Assembly (NCBI RefSeq): GCF_009914755.1 | Contig: NC_060927.1 | DNA length: 64,000 bases | DNA from: the human T2T-CHM13v2.0 reference genome, Homo sapiens | Strand: one strand, 5' to 3' | Shown: piece by piece, positions 20,351-45,600 of the stretch | Position numbering within the stretch: the first letter of the stretch is position 1 | Layout: every line of letters starts with the position of its first letter | Translations under genes and position numbers: made by a program | Notes under the pieces: generated by a model | What the model was told of the DNA's origin: nothing | Database searches by the model: none | What the model saw: only the letters and a program-made list of their open reading frames with translations

Positions 20351-21811
20351 TTCTCATACATTTTTGCTGGGTGTAGGAAACCTGTTTAAATTAGTTTAAA
20401 GGGGGGAAATTATCTAGTTTCTGATAAGGCTGCTGCCTGGACACCTGGGTACAAGCCTGGGGTCTCCTTTCCAAATCACTCAAGTACTTTGTTTTTTGGC
20501 AGGAGGAAGCCCAGGGAACCAGAGGCACTGGGGAATCCAGCAGTCAGTGGCTTTAGCTTTCCTGCCACAGGGAGGGGGAAGCATTTTAGGGTCCCCCTAT
20601 TGATAAGCAGTGGTCATGAAGGGCAGTCCTAAGCTGAGTCTGGCAGTGTGATGTACTGTGTTTTGGCCAATTTGTCTCTGGTACTTGTTATAGGACAATG
20701 GAGATGAGAGTGCCTTCAGGCCAACCAGAGAATGGGGGGTGTCACTTTTCTTGCATTGGGGCAGGAGTAGGTGTTTCCCAAAAGTGAAAGGAGCCACAGA
20801 TGGGGCTGGGGCAAGAGCTAAGTCATATTTTCCTCTTGTCAGCTGTTGGTGGAGGTTTCTATGGTGGCATTTCCTTGGGTGCTCTGAGTATGACCAGTTA
20901 TATCTCTGTGGAAAGGGACTTCCACAACAAAAGAAGTCTGGGAGATGCTGTTGAGTTGGAATAAGGTGATGAGCTCCTTAGGCCTGCTTCTGTGCCTGGT
21001 CTCTCCAAGGGCAGAAGAGGTCTCTGTGTATTTCCTGTACTTGATTGACTGTAGAACCTCTCTCTTTTAGAGAGACCAGAGCTCCTTGGGATTCCTTTAG
21101 TAAGCACTATTCTAGAATAGTTGATTCTAGTCTCTGCTCCCTGGGTACCACAGTTTGTCTTGAGATTTGAGAAGCAGGGTAAATGAAAACATTAGATACA
21201 ACTAACTCTCTTTGCTACACAAATGTGCCCCACTACACTTGAATGTAACGTGATGTTGTAATGTGAGTCCTTCAGAGCGTTGAGCCTTCCCTTGTACCCA
21301 GACCTGTGTGCATCTCCACTTTGGGGCAGGAATGGTCCTCCAGGCCAGGCATGTGACCTGAGCAAAGATGTGGTGTCTGCAGAGGGCCGGGGAGAAGTCT
21401 GAGGCAAGGGTGGAAAGGAATGCTGAGGGCTGGAATGTGACTTGATTCTTAAGGTAGAATGGGCAAGTAGGTGGCAGGGCGTGTCACTGTTATAAAATCC
21501 ACAACAGTCGTGAGCTCCATGGCATCAGTTCTTGGGAATGAGACATGTGCTTGAGTGCCAGCACTGCTGTCTCCCCACTGTGTGGCCTTGGGTGAGATAT
21601 TTGCCTCCCAAGTTAGCCCATCTCATAGCCCTAGTCTTGTGACAGGTAAATAAACTCAGTTGTGTCTCTCTAGGGGAGAGGAATCAGCTTCCCCAGCAGG
21701 CATTCTGAATTATACCTTAAACCTGTCACACAATTCAGGTTAACTGTTGTGATCATATTCAGGTTATGCAGTGACAATAGTATTTTTAATTTATGCTTGT
21801 GTCTCTTCTAG

Positions 21812-24214
21812 GTATCAGCGGCAGGGAAGGAGGCTTTGCCATCTTGGCTGCACTGGGACTCACAGAGCCACACCCTGGAGGGCCTCCCCCTTGACACTGA
21901 TAAGGGTGTGCATTACATTTCAGTGAGCGCTACACGGCTGGGGGCCAACGGGAGCCACATCCCCCAGACCTCCAGTGTGTTCTCCATCGAGGTCTACCCT
22001 GAAGACCACAGTGAGCTGCAGTCGGTGAGGACAGCCTCCCCAGACCCTGGTGAGGTGGTATCATCTGCCTGTGCTGCGGATGAACCTGTGACTGTTTTGA
22101 CGGTGATTTTGGATGCCGACCTCACCAAGATGACCCCAAAGCAAAGGATTGACCTCCTGCACAGGATGCGGAGCTTCTCAGAAGTAGAGCTTCACAACAT
22201 GAAATTAGTGCCGGTGGTGAATAACAGACTATTTGACATGTCGGCCTTCATGGCTGGCCCGGGAAATGCAAAAAAGGTGGTGGAGAATGGGGCCCTTCTC
22301 TCCTGGAAGCTGGGCTGCTCCCTGAACCAGAACAGTGTGCCTGACATTCATGGTGTAGAGGCCCCTGCCAGGGAGGGCGCAATGTCTGCTCAGCTTGGCT
22401 ACCCTGTGGTGGGTTGGCACATCGCCAATAAGAAGCCCCCTCTTCCCAAACGCGTCCGGAGGCAGATCCATGCTACACCCACACCTGTCACTGCCATTGG
22501 GCCCCCAACCACGGCTATCCAGGAGCCCCCATCCAGGATCGTGCCAACCCCCACATCTCCAGCCATTGCTCCTCCAACAGAGACCATGGCTCCTCCAGTC
22601 AGGGATCCTGTTCCTGGGAAACCCACGGTCACCATCCGGACTCGAGGCGCCATTATTCAAACCCCAACCCTAGGCCCCATCCAGCCTACTCGGGTGTCAG
22701 AAGCTGGCACCACAGTTCCTGGCCAGATTCGCCCAACGATGACCATTCCTGGCTATGTGGAGCCTACTGCAGTTGCTACCCCTCCCACAACCACCACCAA
22801 GAAGCCACGAGTATCCACACCAAAACCAGCAACGCCTTCAACTGACTCCACCACCACCACGACTCGCAGGCCAACCAAGAAACCACGGACACCCCGGCCA
22901 GTGCCCCGGGTCACCACCAAAGTTTCCATCACCAGATTGGAAACTGCCTCACCGCCTACTCGTATTCGCACCACCACCAGTGGAGTGCCCCGTGGCGGAG
23001 AACCCAACCAGCGCCCAGAGCTCAAGAACCATATTGACAGGGTAGATGCCTGGGTTGGCACCTACTTTGAGGTGAAGATCCCGTCAGACACTTTCTATGA
23101 CCATGAGGACACCACCACTGACAAGCTGAAGCTGACCCTGAAACTGCGGGAGCAGCAGCTGGTGGGCGAGAAGTCCTGGGTACAGTTCAACAGCAACAGC
23201 CAGCTCATGTATGGCCTTCCCGACAGCAGCCACGTGGGCAAACACGAGTATTTCATGCATGCCACAGACAAGGGGGGCCTGTCGGCTGTGGATGCCTTCG
23301 AGATCCACGTCCACAGGCGCCCCCAAGGGGATAGGGCTCCTGCAAGGTTCAAGGCCAAGTTTGTGGGTGACCCGGCACTGGTGTTGAATGACATCCACAA
23401 GAAGATTGCCTTGGTAAAGAAACTGGCCTTCGCCTTTGGAGACCGAAACTGTAGCACCATCACCCTGCAGAATATCACCCGGGGCTCCATCGTGGTGGAA
23501 TGGACCAACAACACACTGCCCTTGGAGCCCTGCCCCAAGGAGCAGATCGCTGGGCTGAGCCGCCGGATCGCTGAGGATGATGGAAAACCTCGGCCTGCCT
23601 TCTCCAACGCCCTAGAGCCTGACTTTAAGGCCACAAGCATCACTGTGACGGGCTCTGGCAGTTGTCGGCACCTACAGTTTATCCCTGTGGTACCACCCAG
23701 GAGAGTGCCCTCAGAGGCGCCGCCCACAGAAGTGCCTGACAGGGACCCTGAGAAGAGCAGTGAGGATGATGTCTACCTGCACACAGTCATTCCGGCCGTG
23801 GTGGTCGCAGCCATCCTGCTCATTGCTGGCATCATTGCCATGATCTGCTACCGCAAGAAGCGGAAGGGCAAGCTTACCCTTGAGGACCAGGCCACCTTCA
23901 TCAAGAAGGGGGTGCCTATCATCTTTGCAGACGAACTGGACGACTCCAAGCCCCCACCCTCCTCCAGCATGCCACTCATTCTGCAGGAGGAGAAGGCTCC
24001 CCTACCCCCTCCTGAGTACCCCAACCAGAGTGTGCCCGAGACCACTCCTCTGAACCAGGACACCATGGGAGAGTACACGCCCCTGCGGGATGAGGATCCC
24101 AATGCGCCTCCCTACCAGCCCCCACCGCCCTTCACAGCACCCATGGAGGGCAAGGGCTCCCGTCCCAAGAACATGACCCCATACCGGTCACCTCCTCCCT
24201 ATGTCCCACCTTAA
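21812..24214 (+). CDS. DAG1: Dystroglycan CDS part 2 (aa 96-895: rest of alpha-DG incl. mucin domain, beta-DG with TM and cytoplasmic tail)
   Basis: 285+2403 nt = 895 aa + TAA. Furin site RVRR (22451-22462, aa 309-312), Thr/Pro-rich mucin region, autoproteolysis site RG|SIVV (G653 at 23483), [24 protein letters not shown], basic RKKRKGK, C-terminal PPPYVPP. Confidence 0.99.
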
Positions 24215-25455
24215 CCCGCAAGCGCCTGGGTGGAGGCAGGGTAGGGCAGGGGCCTGGAGACGACATGGTGTTGTCTGTGGAGACCGGTGGCCTGCAGACC
24301 ATTGCCCACCGGGAGCCGACACCTGACCTAGCACACACTGACACAGGGGCCTGGACAAGCCCGCCCTCTCTGGTCCTCCCAAACCCCAAAGCAGCTGGAG
24401 AGACTTTGGGGACTTTTTTATTTTTATTTTTTGCCTAACAGCTTTTGGTTTGTTCATAGAGAACTCTTCGCTTCATTTTTGATGGCTGGCTCTGAAAGCA
24501 CCATGTGGAGTGGAGGTGGAGGGAGCGAGGAACCATGAATGAACTCGCAGGCAGTGCCGGGCGGCCCCCTGGCTCTCTGCGTTTTGCCTTTAACACTAAC
24601 TGTACTGTTTTTTCTATTCACGTGTGTCTAGCTGCAGGATGTAACATGGAAAACAGTAACTAAAGATTAAATTCAAAGGACTTTCAGAAGTTAAGGTTAA
24701 GTTTTTACGTTTAATCTGCTGTTTACCTAAACTTGTATGTATAATTTTTGGGTGGGTATGGGGAATTGCTTTGCTAAAAATAAGCTCCCAGGGTGTTTCA
24801 AACTTAGAGAAGACCAAGGGACAGTATTTTTTATCAAAGGAATACTATTTTTTCACACTACGTCAACTTGGTTGCTCTGATACCCCAGAGCCTGATTGGG
24901 GGCCTCCCGGCCCTGGCTCACGCCAAGTCCCTGGTGCTGGGTTTGCTCTCCCGCTGTTGCCAGGGGCTGGAAGCTGGAGGGGTCTCTTGGGCCATGGACA
25001 TCCCCACTTCCAGCCCATGTACACTAGTGGCCCACGACCAAGGGGTCTTCATTTCCATGAAAAAGGGACTCCAAGAGGCAGTGGTGGCTGTGGCCCCCAA
25101 CTTTGGTGCTCCAGGGTGGGCCAGCTGCTTGTGGGGGCACCTGGGAGGTCAAAGGTCTCCACCACATCAACCTATTTTGTTTTACCCTTTTTCTGTGCAT
25201 TGTTTTTTTTTTTCCTCCTAAAAGGAATATCACGGTTTTTTGAAACACTCAGTGGGGGACATTTTGGTGAAGATGCAATATTTTTATGTCATGTGATGCT
25301 CTTTCCTCACTTGACCTTGGCCGCTTTGTCCTAACAGTCCACAGTCCTGCCCCGACCCACCCCATCCCTTTTCTCTGGCACTCCAGTCCCAGGCCTTGGG
25401 CCTGAACTACTGGAAAAGGTCTGGCGGCTGGGGAGGAGTGCCAGCAATAGTTCAT

Positions 25456-25461
25456 AATAAA
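25456..25461 (+). terminator. Candidate proximal poly(A) signal of DAG1
   Basis: AATAAA followed by T-rich sequence; an ATTAAA also lies at 25523-25528. Confidence 0.5.
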
Positions 25462-26374
25462 AATCTGTTAGCTCTCAAAGCTAATTTTTTACTAAAGTTT
25501 TTATACAGCCTCAAATTGTTTTATTAAAAAAAAGATTTAAAATGGTGATGCTTACAGCAGTTTGTACGAGCTCTTAAGTGTTGATTCCATGGAACTGACG
25601 GCTTTGCTTGTTTTGATTCTTTTCCCCCTACTTTTCCTAATGGTTTAAATTCTGGAATTACACTGGGGTTCTTTTGCCTTTTTTAGCAGAACATCCGTCC
25701 GTCCATCTGCATCTCTGTCCCATGACTCAGGGGCGCCCACTCTGCTTCGATTCTCCTCCTGTGGAAGAAACCATTTTGAGCATGACTTTTCTTGATGTCT
25801 GAAGCGTTATTTTGGGTACTTTTTAGGGAGGAATGCCTTTCGCAATAATGTATCCATTCCCTGATTGAGGGTGGGTGGGTGGACCCAGGCTCCCTTTGCA
25901 CACAGAGCAGCTACTTCTAAGCCATATCGACTGTTTTGCAGAGGATTTGTGTGTGCTGCCTCAGGAGGGGAGGGCTGGTAGGAGGGGGGGAGAGGTCTCT
26001 GTCCTACTGCTCTCCAGAGGGCATTTCCCCTTGCGCCTTCTCCCACAGGGCCCAGCCCCTCTCCCCTGCCCCAGTCCCCAGGGGGTACTCTGGAGTGAGC
26101 AGTGCCCCTGTGGGGGAGCCTGTAAATGCGGGCTCAGTGGACCACTGGTGACTGGGCTCATGCCTCCAAGTCAGAGTTTCCCTGGTGCCCCAGAGACAGG
26201 AGCACAAGTGGGATCTGACCTGGTGAGATTATTTCTGATGACCTCATCAAAAAATAAACAATTCCCAATGTTCCAGGTGAGGGCTTTGAAAGGCCTTCCA
26301 AACAGCTCCGTCGCCCCTAGCAACTCCACCATTGGGCACTGCCATGCAGAGACGTGGCTGGCCCAGAATGGCCT

Positions 26375-26388
26375 GTTGCCATAGCAAC
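26375..26388. promoter_or_regulatory. RFX X-box motif in DAG1 3'UTR
   Basis: GTTGCCATAGCAAC, a near-palindromic match to the X-box consensus GTNRCC(N0-3)RGYAAC. Confidence 0.55.
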
Positions 26389-26605
26389 TGGAGGCGATGG
26401 GGCAGTGAACAGAATAACAACAGCAACAATGCCTTTGCAGGCAGCCTGCTCCCCTGAGCGCTGGGCTGGTGATGGCCGTTGGACTCTGTGAGATGGAGAG
26501 CCAATCTCACATTCAAGTGTTCACCAACCACTGATGTGTTTTTATTTCCTTCTATATGATTTTAAGATGTGTTTTCTGCATTCTGTAAAGAAACATATCA
26601 AACTA

Positions 26606-26611
26606 AATAAA
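26606..26611 (+). terminator. DAG1: Distal DAG1 poly(A) signal
   Basis: AATAAA with upstream TGTA (26584) and U-rich tract; CA dinucleotide ~17 nt downstream. Confidence 0.85.
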
Positions 26612-28214
26612 AGCAGTGTCTTTATTACAACGCCGTTGCATCTGGGCATCTGTTTCCCTGGCATCTGGAGAGGTTCCTGGACATGAGGGGTTGGGGGCTC
26701 ATGTGACGGGGAAGAGGAGACTCAGCCAGGTCCACTTGGGGTTGGCCCAGTGGCCTCCATGTAAGCCTTACCATTTCTGTGCTGGGAGGGCTGGGTGTGC
26801 ACTCCAGAAACTCTGCCAACATGTAATGCCCCCTTCACCCCTCTTCTGCCTGTGAATCAGCTAAGACAAGTCTCCTACATCCTCAGTTCCTCCTCTGTAA
26901 GGGGTGGGGGATAGCAGAGAAACCAGTGAGACTGGCTGGGAAGGAGGATGGTGGGAAAGTGTCACGGGTTTTCTGCCCCAGAGTGTGTCAGCCCCTGTAC
27001 CTCCTGGGTAGGGTTCCTTCAGGCCAGGTCTCTGTGAAGATGGGGACCTAGGGATACCTCTGGCTGCAGCTCTACCCCACCTCCTGCCTGCATTATCTTG
27101 TGGGCTTGGGACTGGCTAGTCTCCCAGGTAGTCTCAAGGCAGGTTTGTGTTGGCCTTGGGGTGGGAACAATGGTTTCTGGCCAGGCTGCTCTGCCTTGGT
27201 TGGCCTGTAGGTTCTGGGGGTTGGGGGGTGACCTTCAGTCCCTGGCTTGGGATGGACAGTCCAGCTGGGTAGGCTGATCATGACTCAGTGCCCAGGAAGG
27301 GGCAGATGGGTTGTCCTAGGACACTGCTCGGAGTGTGGGCGGCAGGAGATGCAGCAGCTGTGTTTCAAGGGGCAAAGGGGCAGAATCGAGTGATTGGTCA
27401 CAGAACAACTGGTGCCTCTTCTGGGCTCAACTCTGCCATCCCTGGCTCCTTACCATGACCCCTGCTCCTCTGCTCAAAGACCCACAGAGGCTGGTCCGAT
27501 ATTGCAGATAAGAGCTGATTCCCAGGGTGGGGGGGTTGTTGAAGGTCCAACAACTACTTGGAGTTAGGACCTGAATGTGCACCATGCTAAGTGCCAGGAA
27601 AGGCTGTCCCCAGCACACACTTCACTCCCTAGGCCTAGCAGCAGGGGCCCAGGAAATGACCCCGTCGTTATTCTCTTGACCTCAGGAACTTTTGCTTAAC
27701 ATCTAACCTGAAGCCACTGGGTAATGAGTGGACTCACTGTTCTGAATTCAAGTAAGGGAATACTTGGTCTTGGCAGAGAACATTAAGGCCAGAAGGACCT
27801 CTGGCCTCAGCTCTGCCCTGCCTCTTTTGGGGGATGGGGTAGTATCCGCTGTTTAGCCCAGCAGACCCTTGACCCCTGGCACTCCTGCCAGATCCCTGTT
27901 CCTTGATTTGGATGAGGACTGCTCAGGTCTTTTAAGCTGGGGTTAGAGGGTCGTAGACAGGAGAGTAGGAAAGAAGGAACATCAGACCTACAGGAATCTG
28001 CCTTCCCACATTCCTCTGACTTGGAATGACTCTGGCCTGGCTTGGAGACAGTGCTGGTCTCTAGAAAATGCTAGAGGAATCTGCATTTTCTCTTGTCATA
28101 AAGGCACTGCCTTAGGCCTAGATCTTTGAGCTAGTCTTGGGATAAGGGCTGTTAGCTGGAAAATCTTGTGGTGTGTCTAGGCCAGCCTGGCCTCTAGAAT
28201 ACTACCACCAGTTT

Positions 28215-30661
<2,447 letters not shown>

Positions 30662-30669
30662 TGAAGGCT

Positions 30670-31450
30670 CCGTGTGGCGAGACGCAGGGCCTTGGGCAGG
30701 TTCGGGCTGGGGATAGGGAGAGCTCCCAACCTTGGTAGTGGCTCCAGATGCCCCCCAGGTGAGCCCAGCAGAGTGGACTGCCAGGAGCAGCTCTGGGCCG
30801 AAGAGGGAGACAGTGTCCGCGGCCTCCCAGGAGGTGGCGCCAGAGGATTAAGTCGCCAGCGGTGGGCGGGGCTGAAGAGTCGGGCTGTGGGCGGGGCTAA
30901 TAACGCCGCCAGCTCCCGGAAAGCGCTAGCCTCCGGAGGCCGGCCGTGGGTCGAGCTGAGGCCGCTCGGGAGCGGACGAAAATCTCCGGCAGCGCGGGGC
31001 CGAGCGGGGCTGTGGGCAGGGCTAAGGCCGTGGGGCCGGCGGGCGGGCGGGGCGAAGCCCGCGAGTAGCCCAACCGCGGGGAGCCAGTCCGAGCGCGGCC
31101 GCTAGCTGGTGGTGTAACTAGACTTGTCTTCTCTCCACCACTGCCGCACAGTCCCTGAGGGCATCGGGGCGAGTGTAGCTGCAACTGGGGAGCCTGTGAT
31201 TCGCCAGTGCCCTTCTCCCTAGGCAAGGGAAGCGGGCAGGCAATAAGAGGGGCGAGTCTGGGGCCCAGGCTTCCGCTACCGAGACCCCAGTCAGCAAACC
31301 TTTAATTCAGAGGTGGGGAACCAATAAGGAGCCCTCCTGTGCGTACTCCCTCGCCTTAGCGTTTGCCTGCCTCCAGGCCCCGTGCCCCGCGGAGCCAGCG
31401 CGGGACCTGCACACGGTATAGATAGAGCTCAGCGCTTGCAGGGCCTCTCT
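30670..31450. promoter_or_regulatory. Intergenic CpG-rich promoter/insulator-like element between DAG1 and BSN
   Basis: Dense non-Alu CpGs, several GGGCGGGG GC boxes (~30863, ~30889, ~31045), CCAAT at 31321, CTCF-like motifs. Confidence 0.75.
30827..30840 (+). promoter_or_regulatory. CTCF core motif
   Basis: CCAGGAGGTGGCGC against the core consensus CCASYAGRKGGCRS (one mismatch). Confidence 0.65.
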
Positions 31451-31929
31451 GTCTCTCCTTCCTCCAGCCAGAGAGCTCCTGAGGGCACCGCCTAAAGGGG
31501 GTAGCCTGATAGGGTACTGTGAGATCTGGGAGGGTACTGGATGGAGATGAGGTGCCTCCACTTGTGTGATTGGGTCCCCCTGCTTGGCACTAGAAGCAGA
31601 CGTGGGATGAGGCTGCTGGCGACTTACTCTTTCCCTGAGTGGGGGTACCCTGAAACCCCAGGAAACACCTTTCCCAAAGCAGTCTTCACAGCTCTAGGCA
31701 TGCATTGGAACAGCAGGGACATCCAGTTGGGAGCTGGCCAGGGCCAGGGCTGAGGGTGCTGTTGTCTTCTGTCCGCATGGTGTCGCATCCTTAGGCTATA
31801 GAGGGCAAAACCAAGTTTGGAGCCTGCCAAAATGGTCCAGAGCTCACGCCAGACCAGCTCCCTTTCTAGGGAATTGGAGCCAGTAGTCTAGGATCACTTC
31901 CCACTTCCGTTGCAAAAGGTCTTGAGAGA

Positions 31930-32237
<308 letters not shown>

Positions 32238-32239
32238 TC

Positions 32240-34634
<2,395 letters not shown>

Positions 34635-34973
34635 CGGTGCCCGGGATTGCTTGTACCCATGCCATGTGAGTCTCCAGAACCCGGGGTAATTGGGATGGCA
34701 TCTGGTAAGCCAGTCTCCTTCTTATTGGATACTGGGGCAAGTTTCTCAGTTCTTCCAGAGTATTATGGACCCCTAAATTGTTCCTCTATTTCTGTTGTTG
34801 GGGTTGATGGCCACCCTACCGCTCACTCTCAAACACCTCCATTATACTGCACCTTATTCAATACTGCCTTTACTCACTCATTTGTAGTAATTCCACAGTG
34901 TCCTACACTCCTTATTAGAAGAGATATAATCAACAAATTTGGGGCCACATTACAATTGAATGCCTTACCGTAG
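34635..34973 (+). pseudogene. ERV protease
   Basis: In frame with gag after TGA-CGG; active site VSFLLDTGASFSVL (Asp at 34728), flap VVGVDG, HSFVVIPQCP. Confidence 0.9.
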
Positions 34974-35379
34974 GTGCCTGCATACTTGCTCCTTTGCCAG
35001 CCAGAAAACAATGAAGCCCAAACCCAGTCCTCAACAATTTCAATCCAAGGAGTTAACCCAATGGTATGGGACACTTCTCAGCCCACTGTTGCCATATACC
35101 ACCAGCTGTTTCTAATAAAACTTAAGGACCCTTCCCAAATTGTTTCACAACCCCAATATCCCCTCAGTCAGGCTGGACTTAAGGGAATAAAACCCATCAT
35201 CACCAGATTACTAAAAGCTGGCATTTTAACAACCACCAATTCCCCCCACTGCAGCAAAATTAAAGGGCATAGCTCCCTGGATACATTTCTCAAAACTTAA
35301 AAGGGCTCCTCCTCTTAATCCCAACCTGTCTCAATTTTCTTGTTTTCTTACAGGACCCACCAAACTCAAGATCACTTGA
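34974..35379 (+). pseudogene. ERV pol remnant (RT N-terminus fused to integrase C-terminus)
   Basis: KLKDP...QPQYPLSQAGLKGIKPIITRLLKAGIL..NSP joins directly to PTAAKLKGIAPWIHFSKLKRAP and TGPTKLKIT*; no YVDD, RNase H or DDE core. Confidence 0.85.
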
Positions 35380-35542
35380 CTCCCCACAATTCTTTAACCA
35401 CCAACTCTTTCAGTAATTTTATTTGCTGCCTTGTAGAAGACCTTTCCTGGTATCCAGGCTCCCCCCACCCCCCATAATTTATTTCTCCTCCTTTTATGAG
35501 ATATGGCTGCAGGAAACTTTTGCAGACTGCACTCCATCTCAA

Positions 35543-38118
<2,576 letters not shown>

Positions 38119-38240
38119 ATGACTTCATCACCAGAGGAAGGCTACCTCCCCCCACACCATCACCCCTAAACCAGCAGGAAGCAGTCAGAACGAGTAGCTA
38201 CCCCTCTGCTAAAAACCCTATCCAAAGAGATAATTAAAAC

Positions 38241-38254
38241 AAAGAGGGGGAGAA
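38241..38254 (+). other. Retroviral polypurine tract
   Basis: AAAGAGGGGGAGAA immediately before the LTR. Confidence 0.85.
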
Positions 38255-38591
38255 TATGAGGACTAACAATAGTTATGCCATTTTACAACCTTGGCTACTG
38301 TGTTCTCAGAAGCAAAGCAAATGTCAACCCTGCCTATAGCTTCAACAGAGCATAACAGCCCTAACTACATCTACCCCCAGCTGGAAAAGTCCGCAACAGT
38401 CCCAGCCAGCCAGCACTTCCCCAACCCCTCCCCAGTAGAAACTTTATTATAAAAGCCTCAGCTTGTAATCGATCAGGGTCTCAGGCAGACTCCTGACTGG
38501 GACGCCTCGCAGGCTTATTCCTGTAAATAAACCTGTTTGGCTGTTGAGTTTCCTCCTGTCTCTTGCTCTCTTCCTATGCATCTTCCTAACA
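38255..38591 (+). mobile_element. ERV 3' LTR (~337 bp)
   Basis: Follows the PPT; TATAAAA 38448-38454, AATAAA 38526-38531, ends ...CTTCCTAACA. Confidence 0.85.
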
Positions 38592-39475
38592 GTTTCCTGG
38601 GGGATGCTGAAGATGTGTATTCCTGGACTTCTTTGAGGAGCACATGGTATGCTTGGGGCAGGGGGTAACTCTGCCTTCCTGTGTCCAAAGTAATGATTAG
38701 AATGCATATGAGAGGCTGAAAAGGTACTGAGTGTGACCCCAGTGGCTCTGACTCAGCAATCACTGTGCCCCAAACCCTGCCCTGGGTTCAGGCAGCACAT
38801 GAGCTTACTCCTGGAACTCCATCCTCCTCAGAGAGGCTCATGATCATGCAGGGCTAGGAGACGAATGTGCCAACCCTGTGAGCCCCAAGAAGATCCCTGG
38901 AGCAGAGCTGGAGATGGAAGGTGGGCCTGGTTGGAATCTCAGCTGAATATGTGACCTTTCTTGTTCTCTTGGTAGCAGATGATGTCCCTTGCCCAGCCTT
39001 AAAAGGAATTTTCAGTCTGTACTGTCAGCTCATTGTCAGAAAGACTGCCTTCTCAGAAAGCTGATGTCCATGCCAGGCCTTCCAGCTGGAGGGGTTTTTT
39101 AATACATACATAGCTGTGGTAACCCAGATGTGGCTACCTGACTGATACCTGCTACCACCCAGCCCAGAACCTGGAGGAGCCAAGAGGGGTTCTCCTCAGA
39201 CAACCCTGATGCCTGAGTATGATTTTAGTGCTCATGGCCTGGCCTGGTGATGCTGTGACTACACCCACCACTATAGGGCAGGGTAGTGGTCCTGTACTGA
39301 GGGCCAGAAGTCAAGCTCTCCAGGTTCAGGGCCTGGTTTGAGCAGCAGACAGGCAAAGACCAGACTTCGAGATCACAAGCTCAGTGAGGGCAGAAGAGTT
39401 TAGCAGTCTTGGTTTCTGCTGTATCCTGTGGGCCTGGCACAGTGCTGTCCTCATCCTAGAGCTCAAAAAGTGCCA

Positions 39476-45370
<5,895 letters not shown>

Positions 45371-45501
45371 GCGCCGGCGGCTGTTTCCCAGCGACCCCGA
45401 GGCTGGCGGGAGCGCGCACAGGGGAAGGGGGGCGTGTGCAGGGAAGGGGGCGCGAGACGCGCATGCGCAGCGGCAGGCGGCGGCGCGAGCCGAGCTGGGA
45501 G

Positions 45502-45534
45502 ATGGCGGCGGCAGCGGCGGCGCCGAGAGTGTGA
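45502..45534 (+). other. Upstream ORF in BSN 5'UTR (MAAAAAAPRV*), in frame with main ORF
   Basis: gagATGg strong context; TGA at 45532-45534; starts 99 nt upstream of the BSN ATG. Requires the TSS to be upstream of 45502. Confidence 0.55.
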
Positions 45535-45600
45535 GCACCGCCCGGGAGCCGCCGGCCCGGGCGCAGCGCGACCCCGACCCCGCCCGCCCGCCTGCCCGCC

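Larger units (their letters stand above)
24215..26630 (+). other. DAG1: DAG1 3'UTR (~2.4 kb)
   Basis: Repeat-free sequence from the stop to the distal AATAAA; the end position is estimated ~20 nt past the signal. Confidence 0.88.

Noticed and set aside
22229-24102. Antisense and alternate-frame ORFs over the large DAG1 exon (up to 210 aa)
   Set aside because: Shadow ORFs expected opposite GC-rich coding sequence; no recognisable domain.
25720-25740. CTCF-like TCAGGGGCGCCC in the DAG1 3'UTR
   Set aside because: One G short of the core and poor 5' half; the overlapping AP-1 TGACTCA is too common to call alone.
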